Origin: an uncultured Desulfosarcina sp.
GTDB taxonomy: Bacteria > Desulfobacterota > Desulfobacteria > Desulfobacterales > Desulfosarcinaceae
NCBI GenBank assembly: GCA_963674945.2
Contig: CAXXWQ010000003.1
Location: 1,376,001-1,440,000 of the forward strand
Direction of reading: 5' to 3'
DNA: 64,000 nt
The position numbers and the translations under genes were made by a program. This document shows positions 1 through 10,067 of the stretch, in pieces; the stretch's first letter is position 1, and each line of letters begins with the position of its first letter. Under the pieces are notes generated by a model, which was not told the DNA's origin, searched no databases, and worked only from the letters and a program-made list of their open reading frames with translations.

Positions 1-1999
1 GATTGAGGACCCACCACTGCATGGGGATTTTCACACGCAACTGTTTTGAGGCACGCTCGGGAAAACGGTGGGCTTTGCCGAAGCGAAACATCTCGTGAAC
101 GCTTTTCTCGTGACAAAAGCGGGTGATGTCATGCAGGGTCTTGCAGTTGGCGGCCTTGAATTGGGGACTGTCCGGGTCGATCAGGGACAATGGCGTAATA
201 TATGCGGTGGCTTTCTCGAGAAGGGCATAGACCGGCGTATCTTTCATCATCGTTTTGGATGACTGTTCCTTTTCACCGGACAAAAGCAAAGGCTGCTCGC
301 CGTTGTATATGCTGCGGGCATCTGCATCCACGGTGATGACATCCCGGGTGGCGAGGACGTCCAGCACCCCTTCTGCACCGAAAAGGGCCGGCACATGAAA
401 TTCCCTGGCCACATTGGCCAGGTGGCCCGTAAGGCTTCCCTTTTCGCTGACAACGGCGGCAGCCCGGGGCAACAACGTGGCCCAGCGGGCCAGTGCACGA
501 TCGGTGACGAGGACCGCTCCATCGGGAAATCGCAAGGCATCGACTTCCTTGGTCACGCGGTGAATCGTGCCGGCGGCGACGCCGGGAGATGCGGTCACGC
601 CTCCCTGGTAAAGGGCAGGCGGCAGATGATCGACGGCACCGATATCCGGCTTTTTCCCCGAATCATCAGTCTTCACCTGCAAAGGACGGCATTGCAAGAG
701 CACGATTCGCCCTTTTCGATCGACGGCCCATTCGATGTCCTGGGCGCAGCCCGCATACCGTTCGATATCCACCGCCATGGTGGCCAGTTCAATGATCTGG
801 TTTTCGGTTAAGGAAGCTTGGCGGCTTTCCGGCCCGGTTTCATCCAGCCGGCAAACCCCTTCGCCGGGAAAACAGACATACTTTTGTGCCTTGGCGGCGA
901 TCTGGCGGTCGACCACCGACAGGGCGGGAGACTTGGCCACGCGAAACAGGTCCGTTGCCACCGTGCCGTCTACCACCGACTTGGGCAGCCCCCAGGCACT
1001 GTTGATCAAAACGGTTTGATCCCTGATGTTCATGGGATTTACCGTATAGAGAACGCCGCCACTGACTGCATCGACCATTTCCATCATACCCACGCACATG
1101 TCAGCGTCTTCATCGGTCAATCCCCGGCTGAAACGATAGGCCATTACCGCCGGTGAATACGCGGCGGCGACGATCTGCTTGTAGGTGGCCGCCAGATGGT
1201 CGGAAGAAATATTAAGCGCACTGTGGTAGAGCCCGGCAAAGCTGACACCTTCCCGGTCCTCATTGAGGGCACTGCTGCGAACAGCCAGTCGAACCGTCTT
1301 GCCCAGACGGGCGGCAAGCGCCTCATAGGCTTCGGAAATGGCGGTTTCCAGATCATCGGGAAGCGGTGCATCTTCGATCAGCCCCCGGATTTCTGCACTG
1401 GTGATATAGAAACGTTGATATCCGTGCTCTTCCGCACGCTGAATACGCCGCCTGATTTCGGTTCTCAGCTCATTGTGATGCAAAAAACGGCGAAAGGCGC
1501 TGGCGGTAACCACGAATCCATCCGGTATCCGTATATGCAGTCGGTTTGCCATCTCCCCGAGACTGGCCATTTTCATTCCGGCTTGATCGGCATGGGATTT
1601 GTCCAAGTCTGAAAAATGGAGAATGAACGGTCCTGCATCGCCGCCCTCATGGCGGGGCGTGACCAGCGCTTCCAACTTCAGACGTATCTCCTCCAGGCGT
1701 TGCGAAAGTGCCTCGTATTTGCCGGGAGAAAGGGCATTCAGATGCTTGACAATCTGATACACCCGCGTATAGGCACCCATGGTGCGGGATCGGATGAACT
1801 TCATGCCGAACAAAGCCGTGCCCGCCAGCGCCAGTTCGAGTTCCGTCATGATCTCCAGAGCCTGATTATTGGCATTCAGGAGCATCTTGAACTGGTGGTA
1901 CCGCCATTGAAACTCGAGGCGAAGGGAATCGGCATCCGGATGATCGATCTTCCTTGATTTTGGTTTCAACCAATTAAATAGGTGATGCCATCGCGCCAT
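1..1999 (-). CDS. PEP/pyruvate-binding domain protein (PEP synthase/dikinase-like), 3' end runs off the window
   Basis: Not in the ORF track because it is truncated. Manual translation from ATG at 1999 gives MARWHHLFNW...; the ATP-grasp motifs AGMKMASLGE, LAVRSSALNED and VSFAG, the phospho-His motif GSLTGHLANVAREFHVPAL (His codon 422-424) and CKTLHDITRFCHEKSVHEMF were read; frame spot-checked at four positions. Confidence 0.9.
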   Translation of the reverse strand, partial: MARWHHLFNWLKPKSRKIDHPDADSLRLEFQWRYHQFKMLLNANNQALEIMTELELALAGTALFGMKFIRSRTMGAYTRVYQIVKHLNALSPGKYEALSQRLEEIRLKLEALVTPRHEGGDAGPFILHFSDLDKSHADQAGMKMASLGEMANRLHIRIPDGFVVTASAFRRFLHHNELRTEIRRRIQRAEEHGYQRFYITSAEIRGLIEDAPLPDDLETAISEAYEALAARLGKTVRLAVRSSALNEDREGVSFAGLYHSALNISSDHLAATYKQIVAAAYSPAVMAYRFSRGLTDEDADMCVGMMEMVDAVSGGVLYTVNPMNIRDQTVLINSAWGLPKSVVDGTVATDLFRVAKSPALSVVDRQIAAKAQKYVCFPGEGVCRLDETGPESRQASLTENQIIELATMAVDIERYAGCAQDIEWAVDRKGRIVLLQCRPLQVKTDDSGKKPDIGAVDHLPPALYQGGVTASPGVAAGTIHRVTKEVDALRFPDGAVLVTDRALARWATLLPRAAAVVSEKGSLTGHLANVAREFHVPALFGAEGVLDVLATRDVITVDADARSIYNGEQPLLLSGEKEQSSKTMMKDTPVYALLEKATAYITPLSLIDPDSPQFKAANCKTLHDITRFCHEKSVHEMFRFGKAHRFPERASKQLRVKIPMQWWVLN

Positions 2000-2119
2000 G
2001 GTTGGATAGGGTTTTCGGTATCAGGTTTACGGTAGTAAGGTTTTGGGCTGGGGGGAAAGGATGCCCGGTGACATTTGCCCCTTTCCCCCCAGCCCCTTCG
2101 CGATAGAAGGCGGACCGAA

Positions 2120-2806
2120 CTAATGCTCCAGATGCAGGCCCCAGCCTTCAAACAGATACATGATTCCGAAACCATACCACAAGGTATAGACCACGTAAAA
2201 GACCAGGGAAAAAAGGACGACGCCGAGACGGTCGGTTATTTTTTGTCCTTCAATTCCATAATAATTATATGATGTCTCCACAGCCTTCTGGTTGACCAGA
2301 TCGGCAACTTTGGCCACATTGAATCGTTTTTGCTTTTTCAGATCGAAATCCATGGCCTTGAGGGCGCTCCACCAATTGTAAAGAACGGCCTTTTCTGCAT
2401 ATCCGTATTTGTTCGACACTGCGGTACCATCGTTGTCGTACATGAGTTGGGCATCGTCCAGGCATTGGTTCAGGATGTTGATGATGTTGCCGGTAACGGC
2501 CAGCTGCGCTCCTTCCTGATCAACCTGTGCCCCGGCTTTGACGAAAAGGGGCACGGTTTGCTGGGCCTGGGCTTCGCTTTTCATGATCAGGTTGATGGTC
2601 AGATCCGGTGTTTGAATCTTCTGAACATCCTCCCGCACCGATTCTATATAGTAGGCAGATCCCTTGGATATGGAGTTATACAGATTGTCCAGATATTCCA
2701 AACCGTTTTTCCCGTTGAACAGGGGCATGAAAATGGCAACAAAGACGACGGAAAAAAGGATCATCAGTATCATTCCGAGCAGAAATTTATCTTTTTTGGC
2801 AATCAT
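2120..2806 (-). CDS. Conserved membrane protein, partner of the TauE/SafE transporter
   Basis: N- and C-terminal TM helices around a soluble domain; ATG at 2806 overlaps the upstream stop (ATGA), RBS GGAGG. Confidence 0.8.
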   Translation of the reverse strand: MIAKKDKFLLGMILMILFSVVFVAIFMPLFNGKNGLEYLDNLYNSISKGSAYYIESVREDVQKIQTPDLTINLIMKSEAQAQQTVPLFVKAGAQVDQEGAQLAVTGNIINILNQCLDDAQLMYDNDGTAVSNKYGYAEKAVLYNWWSALKAMDFDLKKQKRFNVAKVADLVNQKAVETSYNYYGIEGQKITDRLGVVLFSLVFYVVYTLWYGFGIMYLFEGWGLHLEH

Positions 2807-4098
2807 GCTTGTCCTCCCTCCCCTTTCAGTACACCGATGTTTTTCAAGAATGTGCCGATCACCCAAACGCCAAAACCGCCGATGACGATAAAAAACGCCC
2901 AAATTCCAATGGTGTCGAGAATCGCCCCCGTGCCCTTGGAAATCTTGATGATCCCCATCGCACCCAGTTTGGACGGCAGGGCAAAGAAACGGTTGACGAA
3001 TCCGGCCAGAACGGCCATGGCATAAAAACCGCGGATGGTAATTCCCGGCACCACCTTGGTCACCATGGCGCCGATCTGGATACCCAGCAGCGATCCCAGC
3101 AGCATTCCCATTGCCAGGGTATAGAAGATGAACCCATATATGGCATACTGGCTGATGGATGCGTAACCGGCGGTAAAAACAATCTGAAAGATGTCGGTTC
3201 CCACCGTTGTCATGGACGACACGCCCAGCATATAAACGAAGATGGGAAAGGTGAGAAATCCACCGCCCACCCCCATGATGCCTGCTGCCAGTCCCACCAG
3301 GGCACCGGAAAGCACCAAAAATACCCAGGAAATACTTCGTCCATCGGGGGTAAAATCGAAATCGAATTTGATCATGGGCGGAATCTTTACCGCCTGGAGC
3401 TTTTTGGGCAGGCCGCCCAGGTCCGCCCCTTCGGACTTACCCCCGCCGTGGGCCGAACCTTCCGTGTCTCCTGATTTCCTGCTCTTGAGAAAATCGATCA
3501 TGGCATAGAGGCCCAAAAAACCCAGCATCAGGGCATATATCGTCGTTATGAAGGCGTCCGAGAGAACCGGGTTGAGCTCGTAAAGCACCCGGTTGATCAA
3601 TCCACCGGCAGTCGCCCCGATGATGGCGCCAATGAGAAATACGACCGCCAGCGGAACGGAAACATTACCCAGTTTGCGATGAATGACGCTTCCCATGATC
3701 GCTTTGGCGAAAATGTGAAACAGATCCGTTCCTACGGCCAGGATACCCTTAATCCCGGCGCTCATCAGGGCCGGGGCGATAATAAAGCCGCCTCCGGCAC
3801 CGATGCAGCCGGTAATCAAGCCGGCACCCAGGCCGATGAGAATGGATACGATGAAAATACCGGTGGAATAAAATGCAGGGCTATAGGCCTTCTTTCCGCC
3901 GAGGATATCGGGAATGGCGTCCCCGAGCTGATCGGCGAAGACGAGGCCTCCCAGAATCAGCGGTACCAGGGTCAGCAGCAACAGCACCCATACCCGTTTT
4001 CGGTCTCCAAGGATATTGCTGGACATCTGTATCTCCCAGCGTGCATGGGCTTTCGCCCCTTCCATCATGAATCTGCCCCATTGTTTGAAGAAATTCAT
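2803..4098 (-). CDS. Sulfite exporter TauE/SafE (TSUP) family transporter
   Basis: Two GxGGG motifs (GCIGAGGGF, GIMGVGGGF), VGTD motifs, many TM helices; start MNFFKQW after GGGAGG. Confidence 0.9.
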   Translation of the reverse strand: MNFFKQWGRFMMEGAKAHARWEIQMSSNILGDRKRVWVLLLLTLVPLILGGLVFADQLGDAIPDILGGKKAYSPAFYSTGIFIVSILIGLGAGLITGCIGAGGGFIIAPALMSAGIKGILAVGTDLFHIFAKAIMGSVIHRKLGNVSVPLAVVFLIGAIIGATAGGLINRVLYELNPVLSDAFITTIYALMLGFLGLYAMIDFLKSRKSGDTEGSAHGGGKSEGADLGGLPKKLQAVKIPPMIKFDFDFTPDGRSISWVFLVLSGALVGLAAGIMGVGGGFLTFPIFVYMLGVSSMTTVGTDIFQIVFTAGYASISQYAIYGFIFYTLAMGMLLGSLLGIQIGAMVTKVVPGITIRGFYAMAVLAGFVNRFFALPSKLGAMGIIKISKGTGAILDTIGIWAFFIVIGGFGVWVIGTFLKNIGVLKGEGGQA

Positions 4099-4254
4099 AT
4101 CCTCCCTCACTTTACCATTCGAACAGTTGAAGTTGATAAACGCGAACCGGATCATTCGCCGGCTGTCCTGTTGCTTCATGCACCCTCCAAAATCGCCGGG
4201 TCAAAATGAAAATACGGTCCATGCTCGGTTTGCCATTCATTCCAACCGACGGCA

Positions 4255-4668
4255 TTATGCCAGCCCCTTGCTCATCCGATGAATTTTATCCTCATGAATA
4301 CGCTTCTTTTTAAAAGCGTCTTCTGCCTTATATAGCAACTCGTCCATATCCATGGGTTTCATCAGATAATCAAAGGCCCCCAGTTCCATCCCCTCGATGG
4401 CCACCTCCATGCTGGCATGACCGGTGAGCATGATCACTTCGGTCAGCGGATGATTCGTTTTGATGGACCGTAAGGTCTCAAGACCGTCCATGCCGGGCAT
4501 GCGCACATCCAGAATGACAACATCGGCCGGATGAGTGGCCAACCACGTCAAGGCAGCCTCACCGCTGTCTACGCCATTCACATCCACGTCCCGCCGCCTC
4601 ATCCGTTTAAGCAGCGTGTTGCGGAAATCCGTCTCGTCATCCACGAGTAACAGTTTCATCGGTTCCAT
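4255..4668 (-). CDS. Single-domain response regulator
   Basis: LLVDDE...LDVRMPGMDG...LTGH...KP receiver motifs; start moved to MEPMK after GGGAGAG. Confidence 0.9.
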   Translation of the reverse strand: MEPMKLLLVDDETDFRNTLLKRMRRRDVDVNGVDSGEAALTWLATHPADVVILDVRMPGMDGLETLRSIKTNHPLTEVIMLTGHASMEVAIEGMELGAFDYLMKPMDMDELLYKAEDAFKKKRIHEDKIHRMSKGLA

Positions 4669-5074
4669 CCATGCTCTCCCTGTGGCGGACGGCTTCGTTG
4701 ATCTTATCAACCAGTTCCGCCAGCTCGTGTGGTTTGGTCAGATAGTCGAACGCACCATAGCGCAAACCTTCTTTGGATGCCTTTTCGGATCCGTGGCCGG
4801 TGAGCATGATCACCGGCATGTTCGGATCCATTTTCTTGAAGATCTTGAGAATTTCGATGCCGTCCATGTCTTCCAGTTTCAGGTCCAACACGGCAACATC
4901 AAAGTCCGATCGCCTGAGCAGTTGGATGCCCTCCGAGCCGGAATAGGCCTGGGTCACATGGATATTTCGTTTCTCCAGACGCTTGGACAGAACGTCGACA
5001 AATCCCTTTTCATCATCTACCAGAAGCAGACGGATGGGTTTATGATTATGGGGGTGTTGCCGGGTCGGATTCAT
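4637..5074 (-). CDS. Single-domain response regulator
   Basis: LLVDDE, LDLKL, LTGHG and TKP motifs. Confidence 0.9.
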   Translation of the reverse strand: MNPTRQHPHNHKPIRLLLVDDEKGFVDVLSKRLEKRNIHVTQAYSGSEGIQLLRRSDFDVAVLDLKLEDMDGIEILKIFKKMDPNMPVIMLTGHGSEKASKEGLRYGAFDYLTKPHELAELVDKINEAVRHRESMDGTDETVTRG

Positions 5075-5083
5075 TGTCTTCCT

Positions 5084-5518
5084 CTAGGCACGGCGCGCCG
5101 TGATCTCTTTGATGCGGGCATTGATGATCTTTTCTTCATGCTGGCGCTTCCGTGCAGCCGCTTCGGCTACCTTTTCAATCAAATGATCCATTTCACAAGG
5201 CTTGAGCAGGTAATCGAAAGCGCCCAGTTTCATGCCCTCGATGGCGGACTCTACGGTGGCATGCCCCGTCAACATGATCACTTCGACCAGGGGTACCTTG
5301 CTTTTGATTGCCTTCAGCGCGTCGATACCGTCCATACCGGGCATTTTCACATCCAGTATCACCACTTCGGTGTTGTTGTTTTTGTCGGTCAGTTGTTCGA
5401 TGGCCTCCTGACCGCTGAATGCTTGCTCTACCTCAAGATCCCGCCTTTTCAGGCGCTTTGTCATTGCCTCAACAAATGGGACCTCATCGTCAACAAGCAT
5501 GATGGAAGCAATTGCCAT
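5084..5518 (-). CDS. Single-domain response regulator
   Basis: LVDDE, LDVKMPG, LTGHA and LKP motifs; RBS AGGAG. Confidence 0.92.
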   Translation of the reverse strand: MAIASIMLVDDEVPFVEAMTKRLKRRDLEVEQAFSGQEAIEQLTDKNNNTEVVILDVKMPGMDGIDALKAIKSKVPLVEVIMLTGHATVESAIEGMKLGAFDYLLKPCEMDHLIEKVAEAAARKRQHEEKIINARIKEITARRA

Positions 5519-5547
5519 GAGTAATTCTCCTTTCCTAAAAACTAATC

Positions 5548-7281
5548 CTAATTACAGGATTCGGTTACTGGCTGCGTTTCGTGTTCCTTGGACTCTTCGG
5601 TTTTAATCGGAATTCGTATACTGAAAGTGGTGCCCCTATCCACAGCACTTCTCACCGTAATCTCACCTCCCATCCTGTGAATAATTCCGTAACATATACT
5701 CAGTCCCAATCCAGTTCCGCTGCCTACGGGTTTGGTGGTAAAAAACGGATCGAAGATCCGGGCCAGATTGGCCTTGGGAATCCCCGGCCCGTTATCCTTG
5801 ACATTGATGATGATATTACCCGATTCCTGCTTCGCACTGACCTCCAGCTCGCCGCCGGTCTTATCCATGGCGTCCAGGGCGTTGTTGATCAAATTGAGAA
5901 AAACCTGCTGCAATTCCGAATGTGAGGCCGAAATGGCAGGAAGTTTCGGCTCCAGATCGGTTGTCAGTTCCACATTGCTGTATTTGGCGCGCTGGGCGGA
6001 AAGTGCCACGACTTCTTCGATTAACGGACCGATTTCAAAATCTTCGATGCGGGAATCTGACTTTCGGGCAAAACTAAGGAGTTTATGGGTGATTTCCTTA
6101 CAACGACGGCCCTGGACCCGAATCTGATTCAGGGCCCGTTCGAATTCTTCAATGTCCTCTTTTTTTTCAAACGCGCCATCTTCCATCAGATCCTGCAGCC
6201 AGCCGGCCTCCTCGACCATGATGGCCACCGGATTGTTGATTTCGTGGGCGATGCCGGCGGCCAGTTCACCGACCGAGGCGAGCTTGCCGGTTTCGATGAC
6301 CTGCTGATTCATAATCTCCTTTTCCCTGTCCGAAGAGGCGATGCGATACACCATCTTTCGGGACATCCAGACGGCCATGGTCAAAATGGCGATGCCGCCG
6401 AGAACGATGAAGATCACCGCACCAAACTGGGCGTTGTGAAGATCGGAAAAGGCGTCCCTGCTGGTCTGTTTGTAGACCAGCAACCAGTCGCCACCTTTTA
6501 GCAGCGCGGAGACGTACAGGCTCTTCACACCGACGCCGTCAAGGCGTTCCTGGATTTCCACCTCCTTGCCCATGCGCTTTAGCTCGGTGAAATACCGGTC
6601 GTAGATGTCGAGATCCGGCGTGAATTCAAATATCGGCTTGGTTTGAAACTGTCCCTGTCGATTGAGAATATAGGCGAAGCCTGTTTCTCCGATGCGCACC
6701 TTTTCAACCAGCCGGTTAAAGGAGATGAAGTCGATTGTGGCACGGATGATCCATTTTTTGCCTTGCCAGGTCTTTTGCACGGCGATGATAAAGTGTGGCG
6801 AGCCGCGCAGGCCCAAAAATACGTCACTGGTAAAATATCGATTTTCTAATGCTTTCTTGAACCAATCGGCTTCTGCATATCGTGCCTTTTCCAGTTTGAA
6901 TGGCCCCGCATAGGCGACCTGCTGACCCGTTTCGTCGACGACACCCAAATCGACGAAAACCGTTCCATAGGCGCTTTGCAGGCGGGAGAGCTGATCGGTA
7001 AGACCGCCATTGTGGCCGATACCATCGAACTGCATGTTGTCGGCCAGAAAACTTACGTTGTGAATTCTCTCCGCAAGAAAACCATCGATATTCTGTTTGT
7101 GTTTGAGTACCAATTCTCCTAAATGGGCGTACACCTTTTCATGGTGGGAGGTACTGAACTTGTGCAGAATGATTCCGGTGACGATCATCATGGGGGCAAG
7201 GGAAATTACCGTCACCAGCAGCACCATGTTTCGGGCAAGGGAACGGTAGTAGTGACTCAGCATTGTTTTGTCTTGGTTCAT
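5548..7281 (-). CDS. Sensor histidine kinase with periplasmic Cache domain
   Basis: Two TMs; H-box AHEINNP; N/G1/F/G2 boxes ([25 protein letters not shown]); start MNQDK after AGGA (the longer ORF start overlaps the promoter). Confidence 0.92.
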   Translation of the reverse strand: MNQDKTMLSHYYRSLARNMVLLVTVISLAPMMIVTGIILHKFSTSHHEKVYAHLGELVLKHKQNIDGFLAERIHNVSFLADNMQFDGIGHNGGLTDQLSRLQSAYGTVFVDLGVVDETGQQVAYAGPFKLEKARYAEADWFKKALENRYFTSDVFLGLRGSPHFIIAVQKTWQGKKWIIRATIDFISFNRLVEKVRIGETGFAYILNRQGQFQTKPIFEFTPDLDIYDRYFTELKRMGKEVEIQERLDGVGVKSLYVSALLKGGDWLLVYKQTSRDAFSDLHNAQFGAVIFIVLGGIAILTMAVWMSRKMVYRIASSDREKEIMNQQVIETGKLASVGELAAGIAHEINNPVAIMVEEAGWLQDLMEDGAFEKKEDIEEFERALNQIRVQGRRCKEITHKLLSFARKSDSRIEDFEIGPLIEEVVALSAQRAKYSNVELTTDLEPKLPAISASHSELQQVFLNLINNALDAMDKTGGELEVSAKQESGNIIINVKDNGPGIPKANLARIFDPFFTTKPVGSGTGLGLSICYGIIHRMGGEITVRSAVDRGTTFSIRIPIKTEESKEHETQPVTESCN

Positions 7282-7345
7282 GGCCGTCCTGAGTGGGCTA
7301 ACGAGTTTTGGGTTGTGATCAAAAAACCGCCACCGTTTACTCATT

Positions 7346-7367
7346 ATCAAGTTCAATGCCATTGCCA
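7346..7367 (-). promoter_or_regulatory. Putative sigma54 promoter (TTGA variant at -12; two overlapping candidates)
   Basis: Minus strand TGGCATTGAACTTGAT and TGGCAATGGCATTGAA, upstream of the kinase operon and downstream of the UAS motif. Confidence 0.55.
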
Positions 7368-7439
7368 AGAAATTCGGAAAATTCTGCAACAACTCGTATT
7401 TATTTGTAATATTAAGACGCGCAAGAGAATTGGAGGGGT

Positions 7440-7492
7440 TGTAAAAGAAGCTGACTGTCAGGATTTTTTACATCATGTAAAAAATCCGAACA
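7440..7492. promoter_or_regulatory. Putative enhancer-binding-protein sites (UAS)
   Basis: TGTAAAAGAAGCTGAC, then TGTCAGGATTTTTTACA-TCA-TGTAAAAAATCCGAACA; same motif at 13786, 28508 and 45296. Confidence 0.7.
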
Positions 7493-7577
7493 CGGCCATC
7501 GGAAAATATGTGGCAAGGGTTTCGATCGAAATGCGAAAAATGCTCGTTTCCTGTCCAAATACTTTGCAGTTTGTAAA

Positions 7578-9134
7578 TCAGGCTGCGATCGGTTGCGATT
7601 CCATGCGGTCGGATGAAGCCCGGTGAGACATAGAATGTTTATCGATGACACGTTGATAGAGATGACGGAAGGGCTGTGCCATGCTTCCGATATCCAATGC
7701 ACGCAAGCTGTCGGTCATGATTCGCCGTACTTGTGATGAACGGAACGAAATCGGTCGACTGTAAAAGGCCAAGGCCTGGTCCATCGCCCATCGTAATCCC
7801 TCCGCGTCAAAGAATTTAAACGTAAAACCGTTACCCGTATTTGCCTCTGTATTCAAATGTGCAACGCAATCGTGAATGGCGCAGGCGTCATAGGCGATGG
7901 GCAACGTTCCATACCGCAGACCGATTTTACACGGTAGCGCACAGGGGTCGCGTCTTAGCGGCATGAGCACAAAATCTGCTCCACCAAAGGCCAACCGATA
8001 CCGACCGGCGTCAAAATCGCACACGGCGACACGATCCATTGCGCCTAATTTGATGATCAGACTGCGCAGTTTCTTCTGCATATCGCCATCGGCAACGAAA
8101 ACGATCTGCAGACGCTGTGGGCGATACCGTGCCAGGATGTCAGGGAGGGTCTGCATCATAAGCTCGCAGCCGAACCGGTGACTGTCCAGCCGGGTAGGCC
8201 ACAGACATAGGGGAACGGTCGTGTCCATCGGTAAGTTGAACGACTCTTGTAATTGAAGCTTATTGAACAGTTTCCCCGGATGATGGTTCGCGGGACCATA
8301 GGTCCTCATGAGCGCCGGGTCCGTATTTGGATCGAATGATGGATCCGGGATCGATTCGATCGTACGAAGACCTCCGAATTTCCACTTGTTTATGAGAACC
8401 GATTTCAGTTGCGGCGATCCCACGGAATTCTCTTCATCCATCAGCGTTCGTTGATATGTCCGACTCATCGTCGTGGTCATATCGGCAGAGAAAACACCGC
8501 TGAGCAACAAATCCAGTGGGTTGTTGTCTCTGGTTTCATGGTAGTTTACGGGCATGCGCTGATAATAACAATGTTGCCAGAACGATGCCACATCAATCCC
8601 TCGTTCTTCAATGGCCGACAGCAAAAGAGTTGCCGAGTTCAGGCGATACAGGGAAAACACGCAGGGGATGTCGTATCGACGCGCCATGGCCGGAATCAAC
8701 CCCGTCATCCAGTCGTAGCAGTGAATGAGATCCGGTTGGACTTCAGGGATAATGCGGTGGATGACCTCGCGTTGAAACGCCATGGAAATACGAAGGTTAT
8801 CCCTGTCGGTCCTCGTAAACATCTTCGGGTGATAGTAAAAAGAACGGTCCTGGGCCAGGTGAATCCGATGTTCCGGGATCACCCGTTTCGCGCCTGCGGT
8901 GTCGATATCCGGCATTCTCTTTGCGTTACACTTGAACACATTTCGATAGTTGGGCAGGGCAAGGTGAACATCGAGGCCGGTTTTACACAAAGCATGGATT
9001 TGCGTAGCACAGATATCACCGAGTCCACCGGCTCTGGCAGAAATACATTTTACGCCGGAGCCCGTTTGATACTGGACACAAGTTACCTCGGGCGTAACGA
9101 CCAGGACGCGGGGAGATGAAGGGGAGGGTGTCAT
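7578..9134 (-). CDS. Glycogen/starch synthase (GT5) homolog, probably catalytically degenerate
   Basis: GT5-like motifs RAGGLGD, YDW, TRLD, DFVLMP and TGNGFTF; several catalytic positions substituted. Confidence 0.85.
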   Translation of the reverse strand: MTPSPSSPRVLVVTPEVTCVQYQTGSGVKCISARAGGLGDICATQIHALCKTGLDVHLALPNYRNVFKCNAKRMPDIDTAGAKRVIPEHRIHLAQDRSFYYHPKMFTRTDRDNLRISMAFQREVIHRIIPEVQPDLIHCYDWMTGLIPAMARRYDIPCVFSLYRLNSATLLLSAIEERGIDVASFWQHCYYQRMPVNYHETRDNNPLDLLLSGVFSADMTTTMSRTYQRTLMDEENSVGSPQLKSVLINKWKFGGLRTIESIPDPSFDPNTDPALMRTYGPANHHPGKLFNKLQLQESFNLPMDTTVPLCLWPTRLDSHRFGCELMMQTLPDILARYRPQRLQIVFVADGDMQKKLRSLIIKLGAMDRVAVCDFDAGRYRLAFGGADFVLMPLRRDPCALPCKIGLRYGTLPIAYDACAIHDCVAHLNTEANTGNGFTFKFFDAEGLRWAMDQALAFYSRPISFRSSQVRRIMTDSLRALDIGSMAQPFRHLYQRVIDKHSMSHRASSDRMESQPIAA

Positions 9135-9204
9135 GCGCGTCTCCTTTCAATTCCGTTTCCTTTCTACTTGGTGTCTATCCAGAAACAGGTATTTCCTGTA
9201 TGGT

Positions 9205-9576
9205 CTATTTGATGTAGCGCAACCCCATGCCATACCGAACGGCGTCTTTATCACTCACCTCACACCGCCATCTGACCTGGGCCAGGCAGATGGATTTTGG
9301 ACCTATCGGAACGGATGCCGTTGTCTTTCTCTCCGAATAATGGATGACCCGAATCAAGAGAGTGGTGGCAACGGGATACTTACAATGGGTTTCCATATAG
9401 AATCCATCTTCGCTAAAGTTGCTCACGTTCCCTTCCGTGCCGGATTCAGGGATATTGGAGGTAAAGGCATTGCATGAAACGATCGTCTGGGTACGATGGC
9501 GCGGATAGTATCGCCTTTTGCCCGGGGGCAAGAAACCATTCTCGTTTTCATGGCCAAGGCCGGCGGCGTCATTCAT
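9205..9576 (-). CDS. PilZ domain protein (c-di-GMP receptor)
   Basis: RYYPR (RxxxR) and NFSEDG (D/NxSxxG) motifs, VRW...YGMGLRY C-terminus. Confidence 0.82.
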   Translation of the reverse strand: MNDAAGLGHENENGFLPPGKRRYYPRHRTQTIVSCNAFTSNIPESGTEGNVSNFSEDGFYMETHCKYPVATTLLIRVIHYSERKTTASVPIGPKSICLAQVRWRCEVSDKDAVRYGMGLRYIK

Positions 9577-10030
9577 CCGTTTTCTCCTGATCGAATACGC
9601 GGCTAGGGTAACGGATCAGCTCCTGAATCTTGGCATTTCGAATTTTTGAATCATGGGCCGCTTTTTTTTCGAAGGCCTGCGCCATTTTCGTAAGAAGATC
9701 CTCGAACTTGATCGGTTTGAGCAAGTAGTCAAAAGCCCCCAGCTTCATTCCTTCTATGCTCGTCTCCACGGATGCATGACCGGTAAGCAGCAACACCTCC
9801 ACCAGTGGTTGGATCCGTTTGATTTCCCGCAATGTTTCGATGCCATCCATGCCCCCGGGCATTTTGATATCCAGCAGCACGACATCGTAGAGTTCATGCT
9901 CCAACACCTCAATCGCATCCTCGCCGCTTGCCACACCGACTGCATGAAGATTTCGTTTTTTTAGACGATTGACGATGGTCTCCTGGAAATCGATTTCATC
10001 ATCCACCACCAGAATCCTGAATGTATGCAT
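9569..10030 (-). CDS. Single-domain response regulator
   Basis: Receiver motifs VVDDE, LDIKMPG, LTGHA and LKP. Confidence 0.92.
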   Translation of the reverse strand: MHTFRILVVDDEIDFQETIVNRLKKRNLHAVGVASGEDAIEVLEHELYDVVLLDIKMPGGMDGIETLREIKRIQPLVEVLLLTGHASVETSIEGMKLGAFDYLLKPIKFEDLLTKMAQAFEKKAAHDSKIRNAKIQELIRYPSRVFDQEKTDE

Positions 10031-10067
10031 TGTATCCTCCTTGGTTTCTCAAACAACAGTCCGATAA

